A stretch of 64,000 nucleotides of DNA from Sphyrna mokarran (Eukaryota), in the NCBI GenBank assembly GCA_024679065.1, contig JAGIQG010000007.1, forward strand, positions 123,876,001 through 123,940,000, in the 5' to 3' direction. A program made the translations under genes and the position numbers. The notes under the pieces are model-generated. The model was given only the letters and a program-made list of their open reading frames with translations. It was not told the DNA's origin and made no database searches. Positions 12,552 through 24,236 of the stretch are shown here, piece by piece. Position 1 is the stretch's first letter, and each line of letters opens with the position of its first letter.

Positions 12552-12731
12552 CGGGTGAAGTTTTCCACCTCTGTCCCCCTAATCCCCAGGACATGTTTTC
12601 CAGCGGCAGAGGCAGTTCATCATTCACTGCTTGTGATATCATCTAATCCTGCCGTGTCTAAGGCATTTTGCATTGATCAGCCGTCCTGCTGCCAGGGATC
12701 CTGGGGGAGAGTCACCCAGAAAAATCCCACC
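12552..12731. mobile_element. GC-rich MITE
   Basis: gggtgaagttttcc ... gaaaaatcccacc inverted ends. Confidence 0.6.
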
Positions 12732-13286
12732 TTCTGTCTGTTATATTAATAGCCCAGTAGCATAATAACTACACTGATGCTCACAAAATGACTTTAGGCC
12801 ATAGATTTATGGCCTGATAGGATTTAGCCTGGCACAGTGTAAAACATTGTATTGAAGAAGAGTGAAATAAAAATCCAATAAAGATGCAATGAACTAAAAA
12901 GATACAAAAACTGCAAACTCAGTAAATACCATTCTTCAATACAGTATCTATATATGTGTATGTATGTGTATATATGCCCCCAATAAACCTTGTTTTAATA
13001 TGAAATGATATGCAACTGAGACAGCATGACACAGTCTTCATCAAAGTATAGTTCTCATATAAATCCTGATTCTATAGCAGAGAAGGAATATGGCTTACTA
13101 TTAAACTATAAAAATTTTTTAATACGTATTAACTGTCTTGCTTTCTGATTGCTGATTGGAATGTGATAAACTTGAAATATTTCTACCAAGGTTATTTGAT
13201 GATGCTGACATCATGTACAAGCTAGTGAAGTTCCCTCGGAGAAAACTTTTATTAGTTTGAAATAATGGGATGAATTTGGATTTGAA

Positions 13287-14036
13287 TTGGGGTTCAGAAG
13301 AATGAGAGGTGGTCTTATTAAGATAAGTAGGATTCTCAGGGGGTCTGACAGAATAAGGACTGAGAGGATGTTTCCACTTGTGGGAGAGTCTAGGACCAGG
13401 GGGCATAATCTCAGAGTAAGGGGTTGCCCATTTAAGACAGAGATCCGGAGAATGTTTCTTCTCTCAGAAGGTCATGAATCTGTGGAATTCTTGATCACAG
13501 AGCTGTGGAGATTGAGTCATTGATTCAAGGCTGAGACGAGTTTTAATCAGTAAGGGAAATAGTGTTATAAGGATAAGACAGGAAAGTGGAGATTTTTTAT
13601 TGGTACCTTTCTAATCAAAAAAAGCCAGTTCAAATTAAGTCTAATCTTGGTCCCCATATGAGGGGTAAACAAGATCCACGTTGATGGAATGAGGCATTGC
13701 ATCCCTTCCTAGGCTTGATCTATTGCGTCATTTAGCCAAAAGATTGAGATGCCTTTGCATCATTTGCCATTGCAAGAAAATTGCATCAAGTAAACATTGG
13801 TTTAACCTCATTGGCTGCCCTGATCTTTTATACTAGCTTAGGCAAACCACCATCACAGATGTCAGCACACCACCCCAGTGAAATGGACTAGCTTCGTCCC
13901 CTGTCTGATCATGGTTTCACCCCTGCCAGTTAATTATTGAGACTTATCAAATCAGATCAGCCATGATCTCATTAAATGATGAAGCAAACTCGATGGACTG
14001 AATAGCCTACTTCCACTCCTCTATCTTATGATCTTA
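13287..14036 (+). mobile_element. CR1 LINE 3' end, split by the U1/U2-derived insert
   Basis: FRRMRGGLI...RMFPLVGESRTRGHNLRVRG; 3' UTR ggaaagtggag | tgagac...atcagatcagccatgatctc...gatggactgaatagcctac...cttatgatctta. Confidence 0.88.
13592..13937 (-). mobile_element. U1 snRNA-headed, U2-fragment-containing retroposed element (SINEU-like)
   Basis: Minus strand begins ataattaactggcaggggtgaaaccatgatca (28/32 identical to vertebrate U1 nt 1-32), further U1-like sequence to 13852; gcatctcaatcttttggctaa...agatcaag (U2 5' end-like) at 13752-13714; ends aataaaaaa. Confidence 0.8.
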
Positions 14037-14059
14037 AGGCATTGTTTGTTAGCTTTCTA

Positions 14060-15800
14060 ATAATTCATTCATTGAATATGAAGGGCAGAATTTTTATTGC
14101 CCACCTCTAACCTTCATTGACGAATGTAGTGAGCTTTTTTTCGTACATTGTTGCAATCTTTTTGGTGAAGACACTCCACAATGCGGTTAGGGAAGACGAT
14201 CCTGAATTTTGACCTAACTATGATGAATGAATAGTGATACGTTTCCAAGTAAGGATGATGTGTGGCTTGGAGGGGAACTTGCAAGTAGTCACTTTCCCAT
14301 GTGTCTATTGCCCCTGTTCTTCAAAGTCCTAAAGGTTGGAGATTTGGGAGATACAGCTGAAGGAGCTTTGCTAAGCTTCTGTAATGTATTGTAAATGGTA
14401 CACAGTTCAGTCAAGTTATACTAGTAGTGGATTGGGTGCCTGGATTTCTGGAGTTCAGTTCTTTTGTCCATGTTTTTAATGAGATCAGGAGCTGAATGGT
14501 CCAGTTGGAACCTACACTGAGCGTCAATAGCAGGTTATTGCTGAGTAAGTGTCATTTGATTTGATTTGATTTATTATTGTCACATATATTGGGATATAAT
14601 GAAAAGTAGATTTTCTTGTGCACTATACAGATAAAAATACCATCAATAAAGTATATAGGGGGAGGAATGGAAAAGAGAGGGTGCAGAATATACTGCTACA
14701 CTCCTAGTTAAATGGTAGAGAAAGATTAGTTTAAGATTAAGTAGGTCCATTCAAATATATGATGGCAACAGCAAAGCTGTTCTTGAGTCGGTTGGTATGT
14801 AATCTCAGACTTTAACATATTTTTCCCGATGGAAAAAGATGGAAGTAACAATGCTCTGGGTGCATGGGATTGATTTTGATGGACTTTAATTTGCCAGTTT
14901 GGATTTATCCTGCTTTTCACGGACAGGACGCGTGTACAATTTTCTATATTGTCAGGTAGATGCTAGTGTTGGAACTGTATTTCAACAGTCCAGAGCACAG
15001 CTCTTTAAGAAAACAGCTAGGATGACATTGCAACCAACAGCATTAAGTGAATACAATGCAATCTGCCATTTCTTGATATCAAGTGGAGTTCATTCCATTG
15101 ACTGAAGAATGATACCTGTAATACTGGGATATCAGAAAGAGCTCAAAATAGATCAACTACTTAGTACATCTGACCAAAAATGGTCGCATACACTTAATCT
15201 TCTCTTTTATAGTCTCATGCTAAGCTCCACCATCATTCAGGATGGGAATGCTCCTGACACCTTTTTCTGTTAGTTCTTTGGTTGTCCATCATCATTCAGG
15301 ATTGCATGTAGCTGGATAGCAGAACTTTGATCGGATCTGTTAGTGGCAGCATCACTGAGCCTAATCTACATGTTTCACATGTATATATCTTCATCATTCT
15401 GGCGCACATTTTCAAGGGTGCTGGATATTATTCCCATCATGCTCTTCTCCGTGTCATATCCAGCAAAAGTTGGTTCCCTTGCTTGATGGTAATGTTAGAA
15501 ACAAAAATGTGACAAGTCATGAAATTACAGATGGTGGTGGAATACAGTTATTCTGCAGTTAATGTCCACGGAATCTCATAGATGTCTGGTTTTGACATCT
15601 AGATCTCTATCTGAATCTATCCCATTTTGCCAGAAGATAGTATCAGAAAACAGGAATGTGTTCAGAGTGAAAATGGGACTTCATCTCCTTAAGAACTAAT
15701 GTGCAGTCAGTATTGTTACCAATACAACCATGAACAAAAGGATCTGTAACAGGGACGATTGTTGAGGACAAATTCAAGTCTGTGTTTTCTTTGTGCTGGT
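14060..15800 (-). mobile_element. CR1/L2-group LINE remnant (3' end plus RT N-terminal part), internally deleted
   Basis: 3' end tttattgcccacctcta...ttccaagtaaggatgatgtgtggcttggaggggaacttgca; ~14890-14950 reverse reads like CPVxxKQDKS..ANY (RT domain 0). Confidence 0.7.
14555..14872 (-). mobile_element. Rex1/Babar-type LINE 3' end
   Basis: (tttga)3 tail, ttattattgtcaca, and aagctgttcttgagtcggttggt (reverse: TNRLKNSF); matches plus-strand copy at 53000-53478. Confidence 0.7.
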
Positions 15801-16339
15801 CCTGTTTGTAAGTGGAAAGTTTGACTATTTGGCAGTTGCACTTGGCACCTTGGAGTTTAAGATGCATCATCAAACATCCAACAGGAAGCAAAGGAATTTT
15901 CAATGTGCTGTCATCTCGTTAGCTCCCTCTTAGTTTGTGGATGATATCTACTCAGGTGATGGGTTTCTGCCATGGGTTTTATGTAATTGAACAGGCTAAT
16001 TCTTGACCCGCAGATCTTTAGGCACATGGGGCAGTGAGGTCTGGAGTGATGGGTTTCCTTTCCTGAGAGGGCCAGAGAAATTGAAACGGCAAATGTCACA
16101 ATAACAGTTCTTAATGAAAAGATCAAGAGCAATAGGAGGCCAGAAAGTGGGGTCCAGGTAGAAAGAGAATCCTGGAGGTGGTGAAAGTATCCATTGAACA
16201 GGGAAAAGATTCCTTCTCAAAGAAGTGAGGCAAGAGAAGACAAGTTCATGCATTGATCCAAGCCTGAAGGGGATGAACTGAGTCATTGGCCGAGTCCAGA
16301 ATGTTCAGCACCTCTCAACTGAATCTGGAAAAAATTATG

Positions 16340-17902
16340 AATTTTACTTTAATTTTTACCTCTTTCTTGCCTCCATGTGGTCCATCTTTGAAACGTTCCT
16401 TCCCTTCCTTGCCCTCTCTGTCTCATTTCCAAAGATAGACTGACCACCAATATTCATTGCAAACACACTACTCCCACCGCTACCTTGAATACAACACCTC
16501 ACACCCCTCCACCCCATCATAACTCCATCTGCTTCTCCCAGTTTCTCTGCATTGGTTCCAATGATGTCATCTTTGTAAATGGTGCTTCTGACATGTCCGC
16601 TTTTCTCCTTAACTGAGTTTTCCTCCTGCCCGTGCTTGACAAGGCACTCAATTTGGTTTGACCCATTTCCACATGCCTGACTTCACCCTTTTCCTCCCTC
16701 CCAGAACCATGACTTCGGTCTTCCTGTCCTCACTTTCCAGTCCACCATCCTCTGCATTCAAAGGACCATCCTTCACCATTTCCGCCAATTCCAGCACGAT
16801 GCAACCACAAAACACATCTTCCTCGCACCTCCCCAATCAGCATTCCACAAGGGCTACTCCCTGTGTGAAACCCTAGTACGCTTCTTCATCACGCCCAACT
16901 TCCCGTCCCTTTCCCACAGCACCTTCCCTTGCAAACACGGAAGCTGCAATTCCTTTCCTCTCAACACCTCAAACTTTCTTCAAATTAAGCAATCTTTTAA
17001 TTGCATGTCTTTCAATTTGGTTAATTGTACTCACTGTTCCTTATGCAGTCTCTTTCAAACTGGGGAGGACATACACATTGGGTAACTGCTCAGCAGAATG
17101 CCTTCTCTCAGTCTGCAAGCATAATCCATAATACTGTGGTGGCACGGTAGCATAGTGGTTAGCACTGCTGCTTCACAGCTCCAGGGACCTGGATTTGATT
17201 CCCAGCTCAGCTCACTGTCTGTGTGGAGTTTGCATGTTCTCCTCATGTCTGCATGGGTTTCCTCTGGGTGCTCCGGTTTCCTCCCACAGTCCAAAGATGT
17301 GTGGGTTTGGTTGATTGCCCCTCAGTGTGCTGAGGGGGATAGGTTAGAGGGATTAGCGGATAAAATATGTAGGGATATGAGTGTTGGACCTGGGTGGGAT
17401 TGTGGTCGTTGCAGACTTGATGTGCCTCTTTCTGCACTTGAGGGTTCTCTGGTTCAAACCATCCTGTTGCTTATCAATTTAACTCAGCACCGTGCCCCAT
17501 GTCCACATGTCTATCCTTGGCCTGCTGCAATGCTCTATTGACTTGGCACAAACCGGAGGGGCAACATCTCATCGTCCAAATGTTCACATTACAACATTCA
17601 GGACTCAACATTGAGTTCAACAACAGAAGACTGAGATTTTTTTCCTCCATCTTAAATCCCTTTTAGAAAATATCCCAAATATGTATTGCCTCAATGAAAA
17701 TCCCAACCTGCCCCCACAAGGCCATTTATCATTTGCTCTTAAAGTTGTTACATCTTGTTGCAATCTACTCTTTAATTTTTAACAAACTCTTCCTTTCTCT
17801 ATGATCAAGAGGCAAAAGGACTCAAAATGTCAATCCTGCTTTCTGTCCTTACAGATGCTGCAAAACCCGCTGAGTTTTTCCAGCACCCTCTCTTCTTGTT
17901 TC
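16340..17902 (+). mobile_element. Penelope-like element remnant (RT thumb + GIY-YIG endonuclease + terminal repeat)
   Basis: Decayed LPFL.LSV, DRLTTNIH, YLxYxTSHP, FSQFL, ASDMS; FNLVNC(T)HC...GE (GIY-YIG); SGLNIEFNN; terminal acagatgctgc...gctgagtttttccagca. Confidence 0.85.
17137..17452 (+). mobile_element. HE1 V-SINE (type A) inserted in the Penelope GIY-YIG region
   Basis: ggcacggtagcatagtggttagcactgctgcttcacagctccagggacc...ctccggtttcctcccacagtccaaagatgtg. Confidence 0.92.
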
Positions 17903-18259
17903 ATCTTATTCTGTCTTGCCAGAGATCAGCAAGTGGAGCCAGTGTGAGGGTTTGATCTCCTTGAGCAGGAGCACTGAATGGTGGCAATGGGCAAAGACAA
18001 TCCACGCTTGCCCGAGGTCAACAGACCTTTATGTGGCCCATGTCCTGCCCACTACAATTCCCCTGGCAGGTTGCACAGGAAACTTCCATCCCATGTAGCA
18101 AAAAAAACCTGCTTTGTCAAGAATTTCTACAGGTGGCAACTCTTAGGGGGAAAAGAAGTTTTTTTTATACCATTTTTTCAGTGTCAAGTAGCTGGGAGTC
18201 TTGTTATTATTTTTACATGTAAATTAATAACTAATTAACTAATGAGATAAAGTTAGATA

Positions 18260-19510
18260 ATCATGGCGGGATGGTGATTTTCCATGACAGCAACATGTGG
18301 GAATCAGTGGAATGCATTCCTGTTGCAGAAAATTAGTAATCGTTTGTGGCTTGAGCAACTTCAGCTCGGAATTGCTCAGCTGGAACCCGAGGAGGAGAAT
18401 TTTCCAGGCATTTCTTGCTGGAAGACAATCACTCTTCTTAGCTAAGATTTGGTCAAATATTTGGTCGTTATAGTAGAAGACACGGGCTGCATCCCAAAAC
18501 TGGAGGGTTACCTGGGTGCAAAAACAAGTGAGGAAATTAAGGAAATTCACATCAAGCAGAGAAAAAGTACTGAGAAATTTAAGGAATGGAGATTGAGTAA
18601 ATCTCCAGGCCTAATCCAAAGCTTCTAGAAGAGATAACTGTAAGATAATGGATATGTGGACTGTGATTTTCCACAGTTTACTAGATTCTGGTATGGTCAG
18701 GGCAGATTGGAATTTGGCAAATATAATACAGCTATTCAAGAAAGAATGGAAAGAGAAAACAGAGAACATAAATGAATTAGGCTGATATCAGTCATCCGGA
18801 AAATGCTGGAATCCATAATTAAGGAATTTTCACTAATGTACATAGAAATACATAGTAAAATCAGACAGGATCTGTTGTTGAGGTTGTGAATGTTGTAAAG
18901 GTGGGGGTTAAATGTTATATATTATGTTATATGTAAGGGTTGAGTTCTGATTAGTAGACAATGTTCAATAGGTTTGTTGTGAATTGAGTCGTGGACGGGG
19001 GTGAGTGATAAAATCTGCTACTTCTTCCTGAATCACGTTCACTTGCTCAGAGAAACAATCCTGGTATTTGACCTTCGGACCTATATCTTCCCACTACCTC
19101 CTTTGCACGTGGGAGGTAGGACGATTTCCTCCCACCGTCCCCCTGCAGATATGGGACATCTCACCACCTGTCCGCCTTCCCATCAAGATCTCAACTCCAT
19201 TTTCTGAAAATTTTGCTGCTCACACTCTGACAGAGAAAAGCAGCACGTTATTTAAACGGAGTGAAATTTCAGACCTCTGAGATGTAGAAGGATCTATGTG
19301 CTTTGGAAGATAAATCACAAAAAGTCTGCAGGAAGCAAGTAAATAGGAAGAAAAATGGAATCTTGTTGTTTATTTCAAGGGGTTTGGAATACAAAAGATT
19401 TGTCACACTTGTAGGGGGCATTTCTGATACATATCTGGAACACTGTGTACAGTTTGGGTCTTATTTATGAAAGGTTATAAATGTAGTAGAAGCTGTTCAA
19501 AAGTATTTGC
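18260..19510 (+). mobile_element. CR1 LINE remnant with ORF1 zinc-finger/coiled-coil fragment and ORF2 pieces
   Basis: NMWE...CRK...LEQLQLGIAQLE (CR1 ORF1-like); KSPG, LDSG...DW..ANI..LFKK (~18600-18741); further 3' ORF2 at 19250-19510. Confidence 0.65.
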
Positions 19511-20240
19511 CATCTTGAAAATTCAGATTTTAATCTTCTTTTCTCTGAACCCAAGCTATTCCAATTTAATTTTGTCTTTAAAATCCCTCATTCCTGGAAT
19601 CATTCTGATCGATCATATTCTTACTCCGGTGTGGTGACCAAAACTGAAAAAAAATATACTATTTGTGTTGAATCAATGGTTCGGCATTAATTCCTTGCTT
19701 TTGTATTCAATATCTCAATATCCCTTTACTAAGTGCTTTCACTGCATCCTGCCATCTTTAAAGATTGATGCACACAAATCCACAAGTCCATCCCTTCCCT
19801 CCCTTTAGACTTGTGTCATTATATTTAAATTGTTCCTACCTGTTCCTTCTGCTAAAATGTATTGCATTCCACTTCTCTGTATTAAATTGCATCCTCTATC
19901 CCCTTATTTTACGAATGTCCTGTTGCAGTTAATTGTTATCATGTTCACTGTTAACTGCATCTTGAAGTATTATTGATATCATTAGCAAATTTTGAAAATG
20001 CTCCTCTTCATTCCAATGTCACAACTTATTTAGATATAAATCCTTGGTCTGAACACTGATCCTTGGGAATACAATTGTTTACCATCCTCCAGTCTGAAAA
20101 CAAACTTTTAGCGTGCTGTTTTTCTGACCTTAAGCCTATTGTTTAATCCAAGCTGACACCAAGCTCTGTACTTCAGGAATCTCAATTTTGTGATCCAGAC
20201 ATTGCTTTAATTATTACTGTTCAGATTGCCTTTTGAAAAA
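19510..20240 (-). mobile_element. Old CR1 LINE RT remnant
   Basis: Antisense atcattagcaaattt (KFAND), aacactgatccttgggaatac (IPQGSV), gtggtgaccaaaactg. Confidence 0.65.
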
Positions 20241-21076
20241 CTGTCACTACTTATTTATATTTAGAATGTGCAGATGACTTCAAATGAACATAAGATTTGT
20301 GTTGGCCTGATGCTGTTGAGCTTCATGCTTGGTGTCTGATGATGTTCCTAATTCCTTGATGAAATTAATGGTTTGCAATCTTTCTCAGATATCAGTTATT
20401 CTACACTGACCTTTGCAACTTTCCTGCAGCTATGGTGTTACAGGTATTATGTGTTTGTATAGATAAGCATGCTTGACTCACATTTTTCATGGAAACTTCT
20501 TGGTTCTATTATTTTGTTGTTTAAAGGGACCCAGGAGATGGTGCTATTCCCTACAGGTTAATACCTTCCTCTAATCAAAGACTATGACGTGTGAATTTCC
20601 ATTACTGTCCTAGAGATCTTCATGGTTTGCATTGATCAGCTTTTGTACAATGGACTCCTATGCACTAGGAATAAGAGTGAGATAGCTAAGTCGATTTTTC
20701 TCCTGCCACCCTTGTAGACTGGAGAGAGATCACATTTCCATTCTATCTGTGGAGACAGCATTTATCAAATCTCAGCAACAAAAAGACCATTTACACAAAA
20801 CACTGACCTATCATACTGATTTCTTACTATTAGAGAAATTTAAAACTCATCCAACTGCACTAACTCTATCCCCTGGTAGTATTTTGTTTTTCTACCTAAA
20901 TAAATGCCACGGTCTCCACCTCAAATACTCCCTGTGACAAAGCATTTTATCATTTTCACTTGAAAAGCAATTCTCCGAATTTCACTTAAGTGCTGATCCC
21001 TTGTTACTCATTACACAATCACAGCCTTGCTCTATTAAAATCTTCAATAAATGAAACATGTATTAAATGGAGCATA

Positions 21077-21350
21077 GGGTGCATGGTGGCACAGTGCTTA
21101 ATACTGCTGCCTCACAGGACCCAGGTTCAATTCCTGGCTTGTGTCACTGTCTTTGCAGAGTCTGCACATTCTCTCTGTGTCTGCATGCGTTTCCTCCCAC
21201 AGTCAGAAAGACCTGCTGGTTAGGTGCATTGACCATGCTAAATTCTCCCTTACTGTCCCCGAACAAATGCCAGAATGTCTCGGTGATTTTCACAGGAACT
21301 TCACTGCAGTATTAATGTAAGCCTACTTGTGACACCAATAAATAAACTTA
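21077..21350 (+). mobile_element. HE1-like V-SINE, tail type B
   Basis: ggtggcacagtg...ctgctgcctcacag...ttcctcccacagtc...cttcactgcagtattaatgtaagcctacttgtgacaccaataaataaac. Confidence 0.85.
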
Positions 21351-22156
21351 AATTAGATTTCCTCTTAGTCTTTCCATTGCACATACACTGCTACAACCAC
21401 AACTGATGTTACTGTTGAGCAAGTCAGATGCCAGAGTAAAATCTGTCTCACTGATCATAAGACCTTTCTTTATTATTGGAAACAAGGATGAAGACTTCTT
21501 TAAAATTTTAAAAATCAAAATATTATTGAAAGAGAAAAGTAACTTACACACACACAGGAAAGAGGTTACACAGTTAAAAACTCTTACAGAACAACTTGTG
21601 ATGTTAGTGTATGTTGAAGTGATTTTTTTTTAAAATCATGATCTCTGCAGCTCTCAGCTTCTCAGCTCACAGCCTTAGCTCATGTCATTATGGCTCTGGT
21701 TTGACTGGAGGCACAGTTTTACTGTTGTTTAAATGGGGGCTTGTTTATTTTGACTGGGATGTTTGTGACTCTGCAGTGTTAGAAGAAAAATGGTTGGCAG
21801 GGCAGGTGATAGTTTTTTTTCATTTTCAGTTTGGAGCTACATATTTGAGTCTTAATCTTAGAAGTGGTATCAAGTTGAAAAGAAATTTCTCTCTCTCTTT
21901 CCCTGGTTTTAGGAATTCTGCAGGTTAGCTGAAAGCATTGTCTTGACTTTCTGAAGAGGGAAATCGGCTCTTGGTGGCCTGCCTAAAGTCTCTGGTGTTT
22001 TGGGTAGCTGTTCTGACTTCAAACTGTTCTGAGTCTATCCAGAGAACTGCAGACTTCACCCAATGATCTCAAGTCCAGTATCACGTGAGCATTAGTTTTT
22101 GCTGTGTTAAAGCTTGAAAACAGTCATTTGTCTACGTGACTGGTTTTATTGGAACA

Positions 22157-22471
22157 TGACATACTATCTGTAACCCCCGTAACTTGCCTGGGTTAGCAAA
22201 AAACCTCACTTACTGTGCTGTCTGGAGAAAACACACAATTCTCCAACACACACTTCACACACATTGTTCGCCACTTTAACACCTCAATAGCAGGTTAGAT
22301 GTAAGGATTCGCATTCTAATCAGCAATCTCTGACTGTCTGTGCTGATGTGTGCTATTGCAGACCAGAACACTGCATTTGCCTGAGGAAGACACAGAGTGT
22401 TGAAAGCTCGCTTTTTTACTATCGAATAAATCGGTTGGATTATAAATTGGTGTTGCTAAATTCTTACTGAG
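22157..22471 (+). mobile_element. Penelope pseudo-LTR fragment flanked by an 11-bp duplication
   Basis: ttattggaaca at 22146-22156 and 22472-22482; ends with hammerhead motif, aataaa and gttggattataaattggtgttg. Confidence 0.75.
22375..22412 (+). ncRNA. Minimal hammerhead ribozyme motif (Penelope type)
   Basis: CTGAGGA (22381-87), a, stem II gacac/aga/gtgtt, GAAA (22402-05), g-ctc; stem I only 2 bp. Confidence 0.6.
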
Positions 22472-24236
22472 TTATTGGAACACATCAGGAATATTTTTTA
22501 AGGGTTATCCATGATTGTTGTTGTTCTATTTCTTGTTTGTAATTGATAAGATTCCTTGCTAATTTTCTTACTGTACGTGTGAACTATATTCCAAAATAAA
22601 CTTTGTTTGAGAAAAGCTTCCAAGTGGGTGGGCCATTTGAATCATCCCTGAAATGGTATGATTCTAGCCAAATTCACAAGGCAAAATTTATGATCCAGGC
22701 GGGCTCCATAAAACACATTGGAGTTTCTGACCTGAACCATAATAAACCCCAAACAAAACATGCTCGATAAAGTTGCTCATCATTCTTAAAAATCCTGCCC
22801 ACTGAAGTAAAGGTACATAATTAAACAACACCTTTATAGATTTTAACCACAGAAATCAAGTTGATATTACCCAAGTCAATGAATTGTATCATTTTATTGA
22901 AGATATACTTCATGACTTTTTAGATTCTTTCACTCTGATGTGGAATTTCAAAAGCAGCTTCAGAAACAAACTGTTTCCTAAAACACAGTGATTGGTGTGA
23001 TTGGCTTAACGTTGATTGGTGTCCCCAAGTCAAAACTTTCGCAGCTTCTCAGCATTCCACACAAAGGAACTGGTGATCAGAACTTCCCCCATACAATAAC
23101 TCTGTTCAATATCATTTCTTCTTTAATCACAGTTCCATTGTCTTAAGCACCTCTTTGAACCCAACTTCTCCAAATATAAAAATCTTTCATGTTTTCTATT
23201 TTACTTTTAGGTGAATAAAATTCAATATACCTTTTTTGGTTAGTTGTGCAATCCCTGTAAGTTGCAAATGTTCCCCACATCATATATTAGCATATCTCAT
23301 CTCCTAACCCTTTATGCCACACCTCCTCTTAGGTATGCTATGCAACTTTTTAATAACCACATGAACCTATATTTTAAACTGTTTATATTGCATTTCTATA
23401 ACCCCTCTTTCTGTAACTACTGATTCAACTCAACTCCCTATCTTTCCCTCCCCAAGTCTGAGGGTTCAATCCCCCACAGTATTCTCAACCTTAGGCAAGA
23501 CAGCACTGCAATACCCGTGAAAGTAAGCCAGGTAATCGAGATCATCTCCGGCAACAGGCCGTGAAAATCATGGGTGAAAGTGGTGTACAATGGACACTAC
23601 AGTATAATAGTTACAAATAATAAATCACTCTGTCCACGCACAATTTCCACCCGTCATTTCATGTTGCTAGGCTCAGCAAACCCACACACACACGCCCAGC
23701 ACTTCATTTCTGTGGAGTGTGAGAATGGTTGTCCGTCCGTCCCACACTGAGGGCAGAATAAGTAAGCCCTGCTTCAGGAAATTACATCCCCAACCTCAGG
23801 CTACACTTCCCATTCATGGAAGGAGCAAAACTAGCCCCCTTCATCAACTCAAATCAAAATTCATCTCCCATATAGCCTTCACATTTTCTCCCTTCCACCC
23901 TGGAATGAGTCTGGTGAATCTTCTTGCCAGGAACTAGGAAACTGGAGCCTTGATTTCACATAAAGAAAACCTGAATGATACCCAGCTCAAATAAGGGCCA
24001 CAATTTCACTCACCACCAACAGTTTATTAATAACTTTGCCAGTCAAGATCATTACTCCCAAACCTCTACCAAGCTATCATTCTTATCCAGGAGGCTCCAA
24101 CTTCTCTTGTGCAAACTACCTAATTTTTGTAGGAGTCTGCAATGAGCCAAATTATCAGATGTTTTCATGCGTTCCTGATTTATCCCCTACCTGAGAGTGT
24201 TAACACATCCCACAATCATAACTATGGACTGTCTCT

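Larger units (their letters stand above)
21597..22744 (+). mobile_element. Solo LTR (Gypsy-type) containing a Penelope insertion
   Basis: Termini tgtgatg ... cataata (each one change from TGTTATG...CATAACA); flanks aact / aacc (4-bp TSD with one mismatch); aataaa at ~22595. Confidence 0.55.

Noticed and set aside
13852-13937. Functional U1 snRNA gene
   Set aside because: Substitutions in the 5' splice-site-pairing region, an internal deletion, no Sm site or stem-loop IV, and it is embedded in a CR1 fragment with no snRNA promoter.
20389-20556. Two plus-strand micro-exons (53 nt and 30 nt)
   Set aside because: Weak donors (gtatta, gttaat), only ~85 nt apart, and no recognisable peptide.
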